NCBI RefSeq assembly: GCF_004010195.1
Contig: NC_057720.1
Location: forward strand, 20,711,839 to 20,775,838
Length of the DNA stretch: 64,000 nucleotides
Reading direction: 5' to 3'
Origin: Chiloscyllium plagiosum
Lineage: Eukaryota
Shown here one piece after another: positions 26,628-39,190 of the stretch. The position numbers and the translations under genes are program-made. Position 1 is the first letter of the stretch. The number at the start of each line of letters is the position of its first letter. The notes beneath the pieces were generated by a model, which did not search any database, was not told where the DNA came from, and was given only the letters and a program-made list of their open reading frames with translations.

Positions 26628-26850
26628 GGATAGCACAGTAGCTCAATGATTAGCACTGCTGCCTCACAACACCAGGAACCTGAGTTTGATTACACCCTCA
26701 AATGAGTGTCAAGCTTGCGTATTCTCCCAGTGTTTGCGTGGGTTTCCTCCCACAATCCACAGATTGCCCTGGGACATGGAAGCTCTTTGCAGGGTTGGTA
26801 TGACTCAATGGGTTGAATGGCTTACTTCCACGCTGTAAAAGGTTCTATTC
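26628..26850 (+). mobile_element. Degraded HE1/V-SINE
   Basis: agcacagtagctcaatgattagcactgctgcctcac...gcgtgggtttcctcccac. Confidence 0.7.
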
Positions 26851-27767
26851 GACATACACTGGATTGCTAACAGGTTCTCTAGATTACCTTGCCAAATGAG
26901 TTAACAACAAATGGTCCTTATGCAGACTGTTTCTTCTTCAAACAAGTAGAGAACATTCAGGCAGGACTAGTTAAAAAAATTACACTAGAAATAATCCATG
27001 GTATGTCATGGCAAGGCCACAGAAACAAGCTGTGCATGGCGTTCTGGTCACCATCTCTGCATGGAAAAAGCCAAAATGAGCCCAATAAAATTAAGAGAGA
27101 GAAGAAAAACTTTCAACACACAAAGCATAGGAAAAATGCTACATTTTGACTTGGGGGTAAGCAAAAATTGCAAATCATGGCCGAGAACAGGATCATTATT
27201 CTTTCAGAGTTCAACAATAATCACACATGGGCCAACACACACAGATTCAAAAGAGAATTCCAGTACAAATTAGTTTTGGGCTACAGTTTTGATGAAACTA
27301 AAGAGTAGCAATGGTTTGAGGCTGGTAACAACAAAAGTTTGCTCGACATGCCCGAAATAGACATTGTCTATTCAATAATTTTTCACTCAACTAGAAGGCT
27401 GTTTATAGCTCCGGGCTATATTGGAAGCAGCACAGTAAATTGAAGCAAGCTTAAATTCAGAATTCTTAAAGAGCAAACTCTTCACTTTGATTATTTTTTA
27501 AGACAAAGAAAAATGTTGAGGGGAAATCAGATGCCTTGGAGGACCAAAAGAAAAAAGTCAACGGATGTGTTACATCCTGGTGTGCCTTCTATTTGTGAAC
27601 AGCCAAGGCTTTTGCTAACTGAAAATCACACTCTCCTTGAACCTGCTCAGAGGATAGCATGATTCAAATGTGGACTGCAACAAATATGTTGTTAAGGATT
27701 CTAATTTGCAATTTTCCCATCCTCTGCCATAAGAGGTTTACAACAAGTATTTTAATTCACTGTTCAC

Positions 27768-29048
27768 CAACATTGTCAGTGCAGTCTCGATCAATAGAGG
27801 CTGCCCGCTCTCTCTTGCCTTGTTTGTATGCTGCATAGAGCCATTTGCTGAGTCCATCAGGAAGGATGCGAGCCTGAGAGGGGTGACTATGCCTGACAGC
27901 GAGGGCCTACAGGTTAAGGCCTCCCTGTACATGGACGATGTTGCCGTTTTCTGCTCGGATCCGCTGTCCGTGCACAGACTCGTGCATCTGTCATCAGTTC
28001 AAACGGGCCTCGGTGGCCAAGGTAAACAGAGGCAAGAGCAAAGCCATGCTCTTTGGGAACTGGGCTGAGCAATCCTCTATCCCCTTCACCATCAAGACTG
28101 ACTACCTGAAGGTGCTGGGTATTTGGTTCGGAGGGGCTGGGGTGTGAGCCAAGTCTTGGGAGGAACGCATCAGTAAAGTAAGGCAGAAACTGGGCAAATG
28201 GGAGAAACGGTCGCTCTCCATCACAGGTAAAAACCTGGTCATCAGGTATGAGGTATTCCCAGTGTTGTTATATGTGGCACAGGCCAGGCCTTTTCCCAGA
28301 ACCTGTGCTGCCGCAGTCACAGGCAGAATGTCTCATCACCAGAACTTTCCAACAAGCACCAAGACATGGCTTGGCTGGTGGCAAGAAGGAATCTGTACGT
28401 GAGATCCTTTACGCGTGCCCAGACTCTGCCACACCGCACGCTGCCCTCGAAATGGCTGTGGAGGGAACGAGACTGTCACACACCTCCTTCAGGAATGTCC
28501 CTATGCAAAGGAAGTCTGGAGGGGAATGCAGTGGTGTTTGTCAAGGTTCGTCCTGAGCAGTTCTGTGACGTCAGACTCAGTGCTCTACGGTCTGTTCCCC
28601 GGGGACACACTGAGTTGATCATCAACTGTACCTGGAGGATCATCAACTCAGTGAAAGACGCTCTTTGGTGTGGCTGAAACCTGTTGGTCTTCCAGGTGAA
28701 AGAGGTGACCCCGACTGAGTGTTGCAGACTGGCACATTAAGGTTCAGGACTATGTACTGAGGGATGCGCTGAAGCTTGGGGCAGCTGCCGCCAAGGTGCA
28801 GTGGGGAAAGACCACCCGGTAAGGTCTACCTACCGAAGAACAACAGGGGGCCCACTCAGTAATTGGGCTCCGCTGACATCTCAGCGAAACACCAAGAGGC
28901 TGGATGGTTAACATACAGACTTGTAAATACAACTGACTCAGTCTGTCCTCTGTATGCAAAGACACGTATATATGAATGGCATCACTAATTGTACAGATAT
29001 CAAAATATTTCTATGAACAAAGTAGATTTTTGAAATAAATTTAAAAAA
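27768..29048 (+). mobile_element. Tx1/L1-clade non-LTR retrotransposon, 5'-truncated and internally deleted
   Basis: GCPLS..LFVCCIEPF...LYMDDVAVF (RT), YLKVLGIWF, C-terminal zinc finger CPRNGCGGNETVTHLLQECP; aataaa plus short A tail; 17-bp TSD tttaattcactgttcac (27751-27767, 29049-29065). Confidence 0.88.
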
Positions 29049-29590
29049 TTTAATTCACTGTTCACTGCTTGTAAACTAATCTCCAGGATAGCTTTTCAAT
29101 TGTCCCAAGTGATTCTTTCCAATGTTACCAAGACACAAAGCTCCATTTTGCATCATCCAGCTTGCATATTCCAGTATTTCAACACATGCCACACATTGAA
29201 ATTGTACCTAGAAAGTGTAGTAGAAAATATCTACTTCAAACAGGTTCCTTCTCAAAATTTGAAAAATTCAATTGTATCATGATTTCCAATATTCACAAAC
29301 CAAAACTAAACAAATCATTGCTGCCCACTTAAAAACAGTTCACCCTGTAATCAAGGGCAGCCAATTGCAAATGCGGAATAGAAGAAATTCACCAAGACAA
29401 GTTGTTTCAACAGAAATTAAACTGATTGATAATAAGCATATCCTAAAAGAAAATTATATGATCTACCTTTTGCACAAACACTGGCATTACCTTAGTAGTA
29501 AATTGAAAGGCACTGTTAAGTTGTATGATCCAACACTGAAGTGGAACGTGAATCCATGACTTGACACAGGAACAGCAGTATCACCAGGCA

Positions 29591-29684
29591 CTTCCTGATG
29601 AAGGGCTTTTGCCCGAAACGTCGATTTTGCTGCTCCTCGGATGCTGCCTGAACTGCTGTGCTCTTCCAGCACCACTAATCCAGA
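29591..29684 (+). mobile_element. Family A short element with intact minimal hammerhead core (29595-29622)
   Basis: CTGATGA A GGGC TTTT GCCC GAAA CGTC; TSD atcaccaggca (29580-29590, 29685-29695). Confidence 0.85.
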
Positions 29685-30564
29685 ATCACCAGGCAAGTCA
29701 CTCAGTGCAAAAGTCTGTATTATTTCATAATTCATGCTCCAAAAAAACACAGAGCCACGGACTCCAGCTTTGGATTCTAGGTTAGGATGAACAAGCTTGT
29801 TAATGCAAGATTGCTATTTAGATACAAATGGAGCCATTGCCAGTATCCTATGGGATTTGACGAGAGGGGAGAAAAATGGACAGAGGCCACCCTTTCTGCA
29901 AAATTAAAAAAAAACCTTTCTCGATCCTGAGCATCACTTGTTGAACAACTAAAAATATTATAGAGTAAAACTGGCTCAGCCAAAATTGTCTGAGCAGTTT
30001 AGTAGCCTCTTGGTTGGCATTAAAACAAAATATACATGTACAGAATGCACTTTTTACATCCAATCTCTGGCCCTTAATGTCTAAAGAGCAAGAATTTCAT
30101 GCAACGGTTTGCCTTAAACTGAATTTCTCTTCACAGCCAATGATTAAATTGGAATGGAGTCTCATTTGTGGCAACCCAAGTCTCATACTCACCACCTCCC
30201 TCAACTATGCTATTCTAGGAACAGACCTTTGCGAATACCTCAAGTTACTCCTCTGTGGACCGAACACTATAATTGCGACAAGATTATACCAAAATGTTAT
30301 TCTTCACAGGAAGATCCAGAATTTCACACGAAGCCAGAAAATCAAAGTTTAGTCCATAATATCCAAACAAACAATTTTAAGTTGATGCGAGCAGACCCCA
30401 CAGGACTGAGCAGGAGGCAGCTTTCCAAGTTCTCTCATTAATAGTTAGCATCGTAAATAGCTGTAAAACATATCTGGTGATTGACTTCATTGCTGGGAGT
30501 CAGATCTTGCTAAATGACTGCCATCAACATTCCGGGGGTTAAAACAGACAAGAAACTTGACTAG

Positions 30565-30683
30565 GGTTTTTGCCCGAAACGTCGATTTTGCTGCTCCTCG
30601 GATGCTACCTGAACTGCTGTGCTCTTCCAGCACCACTAATCCAAAATCTGGTTTCCAGCATCTGCAGTCATTGATTTTACCTG
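30565..30683 (+). mobile_element. Family A short element, truncated within the hammerhead
   Basis: ggtttttgcccgaaacgtcgattttgctg...; TSD aagaaacttgactag (30550-30564, 30684-30698). Confidence 0.85.
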
Positions 30684-32313
30684 AAGAAACTTGACTAGAC
30701 CAGCTAACGAATGCAATGAATACTACAGGAGCAGGCCAAAGGGAATTTTCAGCATTTCACTGCCCGATTCCCCAAATCTTCTGAATGTATTAGAAGTACA
30801 AGCGAGGAGTGTGATGTAATATTCACTTATTTGCCTAGATCAATGCTGAATAATTTCAATACCCAGTTTCAAAACTATCCACTTATTCAGTGCCCCATTC
30901 ACCACATCTAGCATTCACTCTGTCCACACAGGCACACAGTGGTTGTGAATCATTAAGATGCACTGAAACAACTCACCAATGATACTTTCCAAGACAGAAA
31001 GCAAATACAGCAGGCACTAAAGTACATGACCACCTGCAGGTTCCCTATCAAATTTTGCTCTATCCTGACCTGGAAAAATACTGTCATTCTTTCATGTTAC
31101 CACATCAGAATTCTGGAAGTCTCTTCATAACAACAGGTCTACCGATACAGCATAGACTGCAGCAGCTCAAGGCATCAGCTTCATCAATGCTACCATCTTC
31201 AAGGCCTTGGAAAGTATAGTCATCATCCTTCTTTAATTACTGCAGTTTCATGTTGTGTAAGCACACACCATGCTGCTGGGAAGTGTGTTCCAGGATCTAG
31301 ATCTTGGGACAGTGAAGTAACCATAATATAATTCCAACTAAGGATGGTGGTGTAGCTTCAAGGTGTGGGTTTTTATGCATCTGCTGCCCTGGTCCTTCTT
31401 GGCAGTAAATGCCAAATGGTACAAGGTGACATTTTGGGAGTTTTGGTGAGCTGCTGCCGTGCTTCTTGTACATGGTGTATTCTGCGTGCTGGCAGTCAAG
31501 GAAGCGAATATTTAAACTGGGGAATGATGTGCCAATCACTGGATTTTGCTGGAATGGTAGCGTCAAGTTTTGAGGGCTGTTGAAGCTGCACTCATTCAGG
31601 CAAGTACAGCATATTCCATCAAACTCTTAAAATGTGCCTTGTAGTTTGTGAACAGGCTTTGGGGAGTCAGGTGGCAAGAGTTACTCGCCTAAGAATTTCT
31701 GGTTTCTAATCTGATCTTTAAGACAAGTATTGATATGGCTGGTCCAGATCAGTCTCTGGTCACTAGAGATGCCCGGGGGTCGATAGGGGTGGATTTAGCA
31801 ATGTTAATGCCATTAAATACCATGGGGCAACAGTTAGGCTTTCTCTTGTTGGAAGTAAAATTACTGAGCAATTGTGCAGCACAAATGTTAGGTGTAACTC
31901 AAGCCTGGATGCTCCAGTTTTACTGCACATGGACATAGATGGAGTAGTCATGATTGGTACTGTAATCTATATAACTATCAGTAGTGTACATCCACTTCCG
32001 ACTTTGAGAGAAAGATTATTGATGAAGTAACTGAAGATGGTTGGTCCTCCCACACTCCCGGAGGATCTTCTGCAAAAGTTCCTTGGACAGAGATGAAAAG
32101 ACCTACATGAACTACACGTAATTGTCTAGGTATTGTTTGTATCAAGTACAACTGCAACTAGTGGAGGCCTTCCCATTGATTCTCAATGACTCTTTGTTGG
32201 GGCTCCTTAATGTCATACTTTGTCAAGAGTAAGTCCTCTCACCTTCCCTTTGGAATTAAGCTATTTTGGGCACATTTGGTCAAGGTTTGAATGGACCTGG
32301 CAGAACTTAAATT

Positions 32314-32545
32314 GAGCTGGAAATGTGTTGCTGGAAAAGCGCAGCAGGTCAGGCAGCATCCAGGGAACAGGAGAATCGACGTTTCGGGCATAAGCCCTTC
32401 TTCAGGAAATGATTTCCTGAAGAAGGGCTTATGCCCGAAACGTCGATTCTCCTGTTCCCTGGATGCTGCCTGACCTGCTGCGCTTTTCCAGCAACACATT
32501 TCCAGCTCTGATCTCCAGCATCTGCAGACCTCACTTTCTCCTCAA
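32314..32545. mobile_element. Family A perfect palindrome with a hammerhead on each strand
   Basis: Arms 32314-32410 and 32412-32508 are reverse complements with a 1-nt spacer; + core at 32417-32444 (CTGAAGA A GGGC TTAT GCCC GAAA CGTC); TSD agaacttaaattgagc (32302-32317, 32546-32561). Confidence 0.9.
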
Positions 32546-34399
32546 AGAACTTAAATTGAGCATCAAAAAGCAGATTAGTCTTTTATAAATGCCACTTCAC
32601 AGCATTATCAAACACACCTTCCATCTTTTTGCTGATGGGACTGTAATTGGCCAGATTGGATTTGATCTGATCTGCTGCATACTCTAAAATTGAAATATAG
32701 CATAAAATAAATGCTGAATCAGAGTCATTGAATTATACAGTACAAAAAGCAAGCGTGTTAGCACAACTGTGGATCAATGGGCAGCCAACAGTCTACCGAT
32801 TCAGTTCACACAATGAGTGATGTATCGGGCAAAATAGAAATACAGGGAGCTCTTCGCCAATTTGAGTTAGCATTGACAACAAAACAGGTGCAGGAGAAAA
32901 CTGGGAGGGGAAAATAACATAACTTGAATTAAATTTTCGCAATGTATTTTTCAACTGGATAACATAGTAAAACATCTTTTAGAATGACAGACTCTAATTA
33001 ATTTTCAACGCATTAACAAAAAGTAGGTATTTTTACTTTAGTGAGGATTCCTTTAATTCATGCCCTCTGTATTAAAGATTCTTAAAAGTCAAATTGCAAC
33101 CAAAATTGTGAGTCAAGCCTAACTTGAAACGAATGTTGAAAGATCTGCTGTTTGAATTCCAAGCAGAGGATCTGCTGAATGATGCCAAGATGCCTTCATA
33201 TAAACATGTTGCGAGATTCTCTCAGATATTTGCATGACCAGCAATTACTACACAAATTAACCAATTACTTAAATCCTCAACAACTGCTTAAGTATTCAAA
33301 TAGATTAAACCGTTCATATCACTTTGAGTTTAGACATTTGGGGGAAGATAGTTCAGGCTAGACAAGAAATGAAGTTTTATCAAAGAGATGACAAACACTG
33401 TATTATACTTCTATCTATATGTACATAATTTCTATTCACCTGCTTGTTAAAAATCACACTTCAAAAATATGCACTTCATAACTGAAGCCTGAAATCTGAC
33501 AAAGTCCCATTCATCACAGGATAGATCCAGAACCCAGAATAAAATGTTAAACAAAGTGTTGTTCTTTCAGGTAAATTGTAGACCATGTGTAAACAAATTC
33601 AAGGTTAACAAAGGAACAAGGTTTTGAATCATCATCTATTAAAATAATCTGAAGCTGCAGGTTAAGGGAGAGCAAGAGCAAGAGCAACAGCAAAGCAAGA
33701 TAGGACTAAGACAAATGTTCCACTCCAAGAAACGTTTAGCCACCATTTGTAGCATAGTGTGTGAAAAAGATTCAACACCTAACCAAATGTCATCGAGTTA
33801 AAACATACAAATGGATTTGATACAGTTGAGACTTTGATTGGATGAAATGTATTTTAAGTTTGAGATCCCAACGAGTAGCTCAAAGTAAGCTGATACGCCT
33901 CATCCTCGTCACCATTATACGCCTCCACAACCTTTCCCAAGTGTATTTACCAGACCATCAATTTTGTACCTCAATCTCTGACCTCACATGCATCCTCTCC
34001 CTCACCTACACCTTCCCCAGCAGACCTTTCTGGTAATATGACACCTCACTCAAATTAACACTTTTCAAACTCCTTCACCTCAGAAGTCTGTTTAAAAAGC
34101 CTGATCCCACTTTTGTGCATTTACTATAGCTGTATATCTACAGCTCTGTCTTTTTCCTACATTAAGAGCAATCTGATAACTAGTACAATAAACACTACAC
34201 CCATCACTTACATATCTAAATGGAAGCTTTCTGCTTTGTTTTGTTCTATTTTCATCAGTACTGTTCTAACAAAAAAAACTGATTTCAGATCAATCCATAT
34301 TCCTGACATTAGTTCAAAGGGAGAATTCAAATTATTCAAGAACTGAGCAAGTGATCTAGAACACTGTCTCAGTCACAATTCTAAGCTTTGGTTGTTTGA

Positions 34400-34742
34400 A
34401 TCACAGAATCCCTACAGTGCAGAAAGAGACACTCTGAAGAGTGTCCCACCCTGACAAAGCCTCTCATCCTATCACCTTAACTCCACATTTACTAAAGTTA
34501 CCCACCTAGCCTACACATCCCTGGAAGCTATGGACAATTTTACCAAAGCCAATCCACCTAACCTGTATATCTTTGGTTTATTCCATCATATTGTAAGGAA
34601 GAAAGTGGAGTACCTGGGAAAAAAAATCCACATAGACACAGGGAGAAGTTGCAAGCTCCACACAGCTGCCTGAGGCTGCAATCAAACTTGGGTCCTTAGT
34701 GTTGTGAGGCAGCAGTGCGAGTCAATGAGCCACCATGTCACC
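34400..34742 (-). mobile_element. Older HE1/V-SINE-type copy
   Basis: Reverse complement starts gacatggtggctcattgactcgcactgctgcctcac; degenerate V core. Confidence 0.7.
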
Positions 34743-34750
34743 TGTCATGC

Positions 34751-35072
34751 AGAGTTGAAAAATGTGGTGCTGGAAAACACGGCAGGCCAGGCAGCATTCG
34801 AGGAGCAGGAGAATCGACGTTTCGGGCATAAGCCCTTCTTCAGGAATGAGGCTGGTGTGCCAAGCTGGCTGAGATAAAAAGGTAGGGGTGAGGGGCGCTG
34901 GGAATACGATAGGTGGAAGGAGGTCAGCCTCATTCCTGAAGAAGGGCTTATGCCCGAAACGTCGATTTTCTGCTCTTCGGATGCTGCCTGGCCTGCTGTG
35001 TTTTTCCATCACCACATTTTTCAACTCTAGTCTCCAGCATCTGCAGTCCTCACTTTCTCCTAGTTGATCCAC
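34751..35072. mobile_element. Family A inverted pair with about 70-nt spacer, two intact hammerhead cores
   Basis: gacgtttcgggcataagcccttcttcagg ... cctgaagaagggcttatgcccgaaacgtc; TSD cctgtcatgca (34741-34751, 35073-35083). Confidence 0.88.
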
Positions 35073-35514
35073 CCTGTCATGCATTTCCGATTGCTGAGAA
35101 GTATATACCTCTCAAGAGCAATACATATTATTGCCCAAAGAACTGACCTATTAAAAGCCTTACTATTGAAAACCCATGTATGCACCATTTGAGTTTGGAT
35201 TAGGTTTCCTGCCCGGGGCCGTCTCAATTGATTTAGATTATATTTTCATACCAGAGGTTATTTCTAAAGTGTATTGTTCATTTCAAAAAACACATTTTTC
35301 AATAGTAAAGTATTAAACCACCGTAAAAGGAACAGCAACTCCAACAAAAATTCCATCGCTTGCCAGTGTAAATGATGCAAATCACCCTTCCTTTAGCATT
35401 CTACAATATTAAAAAAACAAAATCAATGAGAATGGTAAATCAGTACCCACAGGAAATAATTACGTCTGAACAGCTGGAGTTCATTCCATTTGGCACAAGG
35501 TACTGAGTTACAAC

Positions 35515-35745
35515 TGCTTTTGTGGCACTCTCGTAGAGGTCCATAACACTGAGCCAGAACCCACAAGTTCAAATTGCACTTGTCCCAGCGATGTATCATT
35601 ACATCCCTGAACAGATTGATCAAACACACAGATTTACAGAACAAAAGGGCTCTTGTGGCATAGTGGCAACGCCCTACCTCAGATCCAGGGGGCCTGGGTT
35701 GAAGTCTCACCTGTTACAGAGCTGTGACATAATATATTAGATTAG
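35515..35745 (+). mobile_element. Two tandem short tRNA-head SINEs (related copies near 16455-16545 + and 18690-18790 -)
   Basis: gggctcttgtggcatagtggcaacgccctacctc...ctgggttgaagtctcacctg, plus a more decayed preceding copy. Confidence 0.5.
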
Positions 35746-36224
35746 AACTTGTCTAGCAATGCCAACAGTATTTGTCTTCACATGGCAAGGATACACAACT
35801 TTTAAACTAAGCTTTATTGGAAATAATTATGAAAATCAAACTTTAATCTTTACTTCCCTCTGAAAATATTTTCATTGGATGATTTTTCTAAATATTCAAT
35901 TTGTTGTATTGCATCTGAATAAGGAAGATTTGTAACATGTATATTGTGTTTCACAAGCAGGCTACTCTATTGCAAAAAAGATAAAACTCAGATGTCTTAT
36001 TGTCTGAATCATACAACAAGCATACTTTAATCAGCTGTACACATTACTTGAACTTACCAATTGTGCTCGTCACTCAAAATTCTACATTAAAAAATGGTTC
36101 TATGAACTAACGAATGCTGTCATCTAATTACTATTCCAAATCTAGATATTCTAGTATTACTTACCCAAGTTATAGTTGAAATAAATTTTACAGAAGAACT
36201 CGAAGTTTGCTTCACATATTGGCA

Positions 36225-37058
36225 GGGTGGTTAAAAAGGCATTTGGCACCCTTGCTTTCATTGTTGAGTCCTTTAAGTATAGGAAGTGGGAAGTCATGTT
36301 GAGGTTGTACAGGACATGGGTGAGGCCTCCTCTGGAATAGTATCCAGTTCTGGTCGCCCAATTACAGGAAGGATATTATAAGACCATAAGACCATAAGAC
36401 ATAGGAGTGGAAGTAAGGCCATTCGGCCAATCGAGTCCACTCCGCCATTCAATCATGGCTGATGCGCATTTCAGCTCCACTTACCAGCATTCTCCCCGTA
36501 GCCCTTAATTCCTCTAGACAACTAGAATCTATCAATCTCGGTCTTGAAGACATGACAACAAGAATCTATCAATCTCGGCCTTGAAGACATATCAAGCTGA
36601 AGAGGGTTCAGAAGAGATTTGTCAGGATGTTGCCAGGTATGGAAAGTTATGAAGAAAGGCTGGATAGGCTGGGACTTTTTTCACTGGACTGCAGGAGGTT
36701 AAGAGGCAACCTGATAGAAGTTGATAAAATAATGAGAGGTATAGATAGAGTTAATGATGGTTGTCTTTTCAAGGCTTGGGAGAATTTCAAGACAAGGGGG
36801 CACACTTTTAAGGTGAGAGGAGAGAGATTTAAAAGACAGTTTTTTTTTTAAAACAGCCGTGTGTCGAATGAACATCCTGAGGAAGTGGTGGATGTAGGTA
36901 CAATCACAGTGTTTAAAAGACATTTGGACAGATACACAAATAGGAAGATTTGGCAAGGTATGGGCCAGCAGCAAACTAGTTTAGTTTGGGATTATGTTCA
37001 GCATGGGCTGGTTGGATCGAAGGGTCTGTTTCCATTTTGTATGACTTTATGACTCTAA
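36225..37058 (+). mobile_element. CR1 3' fragment containing a minus-strand CR1 3' end of another family (36379-36590)
   Basis: MLPGMESYEERLDRLGLFSL peptide and tatgactttatgactcta tail; inner element has an (ataagacc)n tail. Confidence 0.85.
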
Positions 37059-38683
37059 ATCGCTTTAGAATGCAGAAATCATTATTCAGGTTTATTCATG
37101 GTAATCACATACAAAATAATTCAGCTTACAACGATTAGAATAGACACGTAGCTGATTTCAAGTTCTTGTATATGTTTGCTACCAAAGAAATTAAAACATC
37201 CATTCCATTAATTCTGTGGAGGGTTAATTTCAATCTGAAAACTCTCTTCCAGCATTACTTGATTAGAGGCACAAAGCTGGCAGAAGTATGTTTTGTTGCT
37301 CAAACTAACAAGAAAATGCTCTTAGACACAACTAATGAAAGTGATTTTAAAACCATTTCACAGTGTCCAAATACTTTAAAACAATCATAATTCATTGCAA
37401 TTATGGGTTTGAATGCAAGAAAGAAAAAACAGATTTCAAATTTAGGTGAGGTTTTCACCACCTCTGAATATCTAACATACTTCATAGCCAAATGTTGTAC
37501 ATGACATGCAGTAGGTTTGCTATGGTCCTCAATAGCTGTGGAAATTCCCTATGTCTGCTTGGTCCATCATAATAAAGAGAAAACACCTACTGATCTAACT
37601 ACAAGAAGCTTTTGCATTAAACAGGAAAGAGGCTTAATGCGATGCTAGCAATTAGTTACATTGGCAAAATAGACTTTATTACAGAAATTAAGAGGAAGAC
37701 CTGGATGAAGGAATAAGACCTAAGCTGTTTGGCCTTTCAGTCCACATGACACAATGGATAGTGCTGAAAGCAGTCCACAATATTCATCATTTTAAACCCT
37801 TACAATTCTTATTCAGAGTCAATGAATTAATATCAGAAAGGACCAAAGTATCTTCATTTCTCGAAACACATTTTATGATATTCATAACTGCCAACAATCA
37901 GATTCTTCTTCCCACTCAATGATGCAACCTCCTCACACTCTGTTTGCTTTATGTCTTGATTGCCTCCAGATGGAGCTCTACTGCCTTCAGGTGTAAATCC
38001 ATAGCATGGCATTCCCACAATGCATCAGGCAAGTGTGGCATTGACACTACTTTTTAAAATCACTCAACTATGTCCTCAGGACTTCAGACTTCAGCTGAAG
38101 CCTCCAGCTCTTCTCACTGTCTTAGATTTTCTCCTAAGCGCACATGCTAACATTTGCCAGAACTAGACATGGTATCTCCCATGTTGATTACAAACACCTT
38201 TGGAACATGAACACATACCTTTTCAAGATGACAATTTTCTACTGTATTACTTTTCAGTTAATAACCAAATGAGTATTATTTGAGAAGTGGGAGTATTTGT
38301 GCAATACAAGGATACAAGAGAAAAGTAAACATCCAAAGTAGTAGAAAGAATGCAATTGGGGAAAAGAAAGAATCACAGAACAAGACTGGAAAGAAGTGGA
38401 ACACGGACAATGAACATGCAGCAGGTAGAAAGAATGAGGGTATGCAAAGGAAAAAATAAAAACACATTTATTTAAAACAGATTTGACCTATTGCAGAGCA
38501 AAATATTATTTCTTTAACTAAATGATATTCTCTCTTTCACCCCCACATCCTTCCATCTCTCTTCAGACTCCATGCCCTGAGAGTGCATTGGTAATTTTGA
38601 TTGGTCCATGGTAATGCTTGGCAATGTACAACAGTGGTTTGCCATTGCCTTCTGCAGTATGGCTGACCATGAAGCTGTCCTAG

Positions 38684-38835
38684 GGGAGAAAGTGAGGGCT
38701 GCAGATGCTGGAGATCAGAGCTGAAAATGTGTTGCTGGAAAAGCGCTGCAGGTCAGGCAGCATCCAAGGAACAGGAGAATGCCCGAAACGTCAATTCTCC
38801 TGTTCCTTGGATGCTGCCTGACCTGCTGCGCTTTT
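38684..38835. mobile_element. Family A inverted pair with collapsed centre
   Basis: Arms meet at ggagaat-gcccgaaacgtca-attctcc; TSD ccatgaagctgtcctag (38667-38683, 38836-38852). Confidence 0.85.
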
Positions 38836-38915
38836 CCATGAAGCTGTCCTAGTCTAACCAGCAAAAATTATATCTCTATGGCTCTAATATTGGATGTATT
38901 TACAACTGCTACAGA

Positions 38916-39190
38916 TGGGTGGAACGGTGGCTCAGTGGTTAACACTGCTGCCTCACAGTACCAGGGTTCTGGGTTCGATTCCCGCCTGTCAGTGTGGAGT
39001 TTGCACATTCTCTGTGTCTGCGTGGGTTTCTTCCCGGTGCTCCGGTTTCCTCCCACACTCCAAAGATGTGCAGGTCAGGTGAACTGGCCATGCTAGATTG
39101 CCCACAGTAGTTAGTCAGGGGTAAATATAGGTAAGGGAATTGCTTTTGGGTGGGTTTCTCTTCACTGTAGAGAATCTAATCTAATCTAAT
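38916..39190 (+). mobile_element. HE1/V-SINE
   Basis: tRNA head, V core, aatctaatctaatct tail. Confidence 0.88.

Larger units (their letters stand above)
22200..27450 (+). mobile_element. Heavily decayed Ty3/Gypsy LTR retrotransposon internal region (gag-pro-RT-int), interrupted by SINEs and CR1
   Basis: Gag remnants LNYAIRDRL..AIQKRLLTE (about 22808-22870) and Zn-knuckle GRTGHRALNCWYKDGLCRNCAKK (23012-23080); protease end LYTGKGNFPALL*TWMEKIKLIW (about 25600-25675); RT pieces ARLVPYA..KVEAELDRL, GDFKVIIN, IDNLFAGLSGGWLFSKTDLRQIYLQM (26001-26078) and LEGIQCYLAA (degenerate YLDD); FSRLP near 26880. Confidence 0.72.

Noticed and set aside
32291..32534. Mirror-image ORFs on both strands
   Set aside because: A consequence of the DNA palindrome, not coding.
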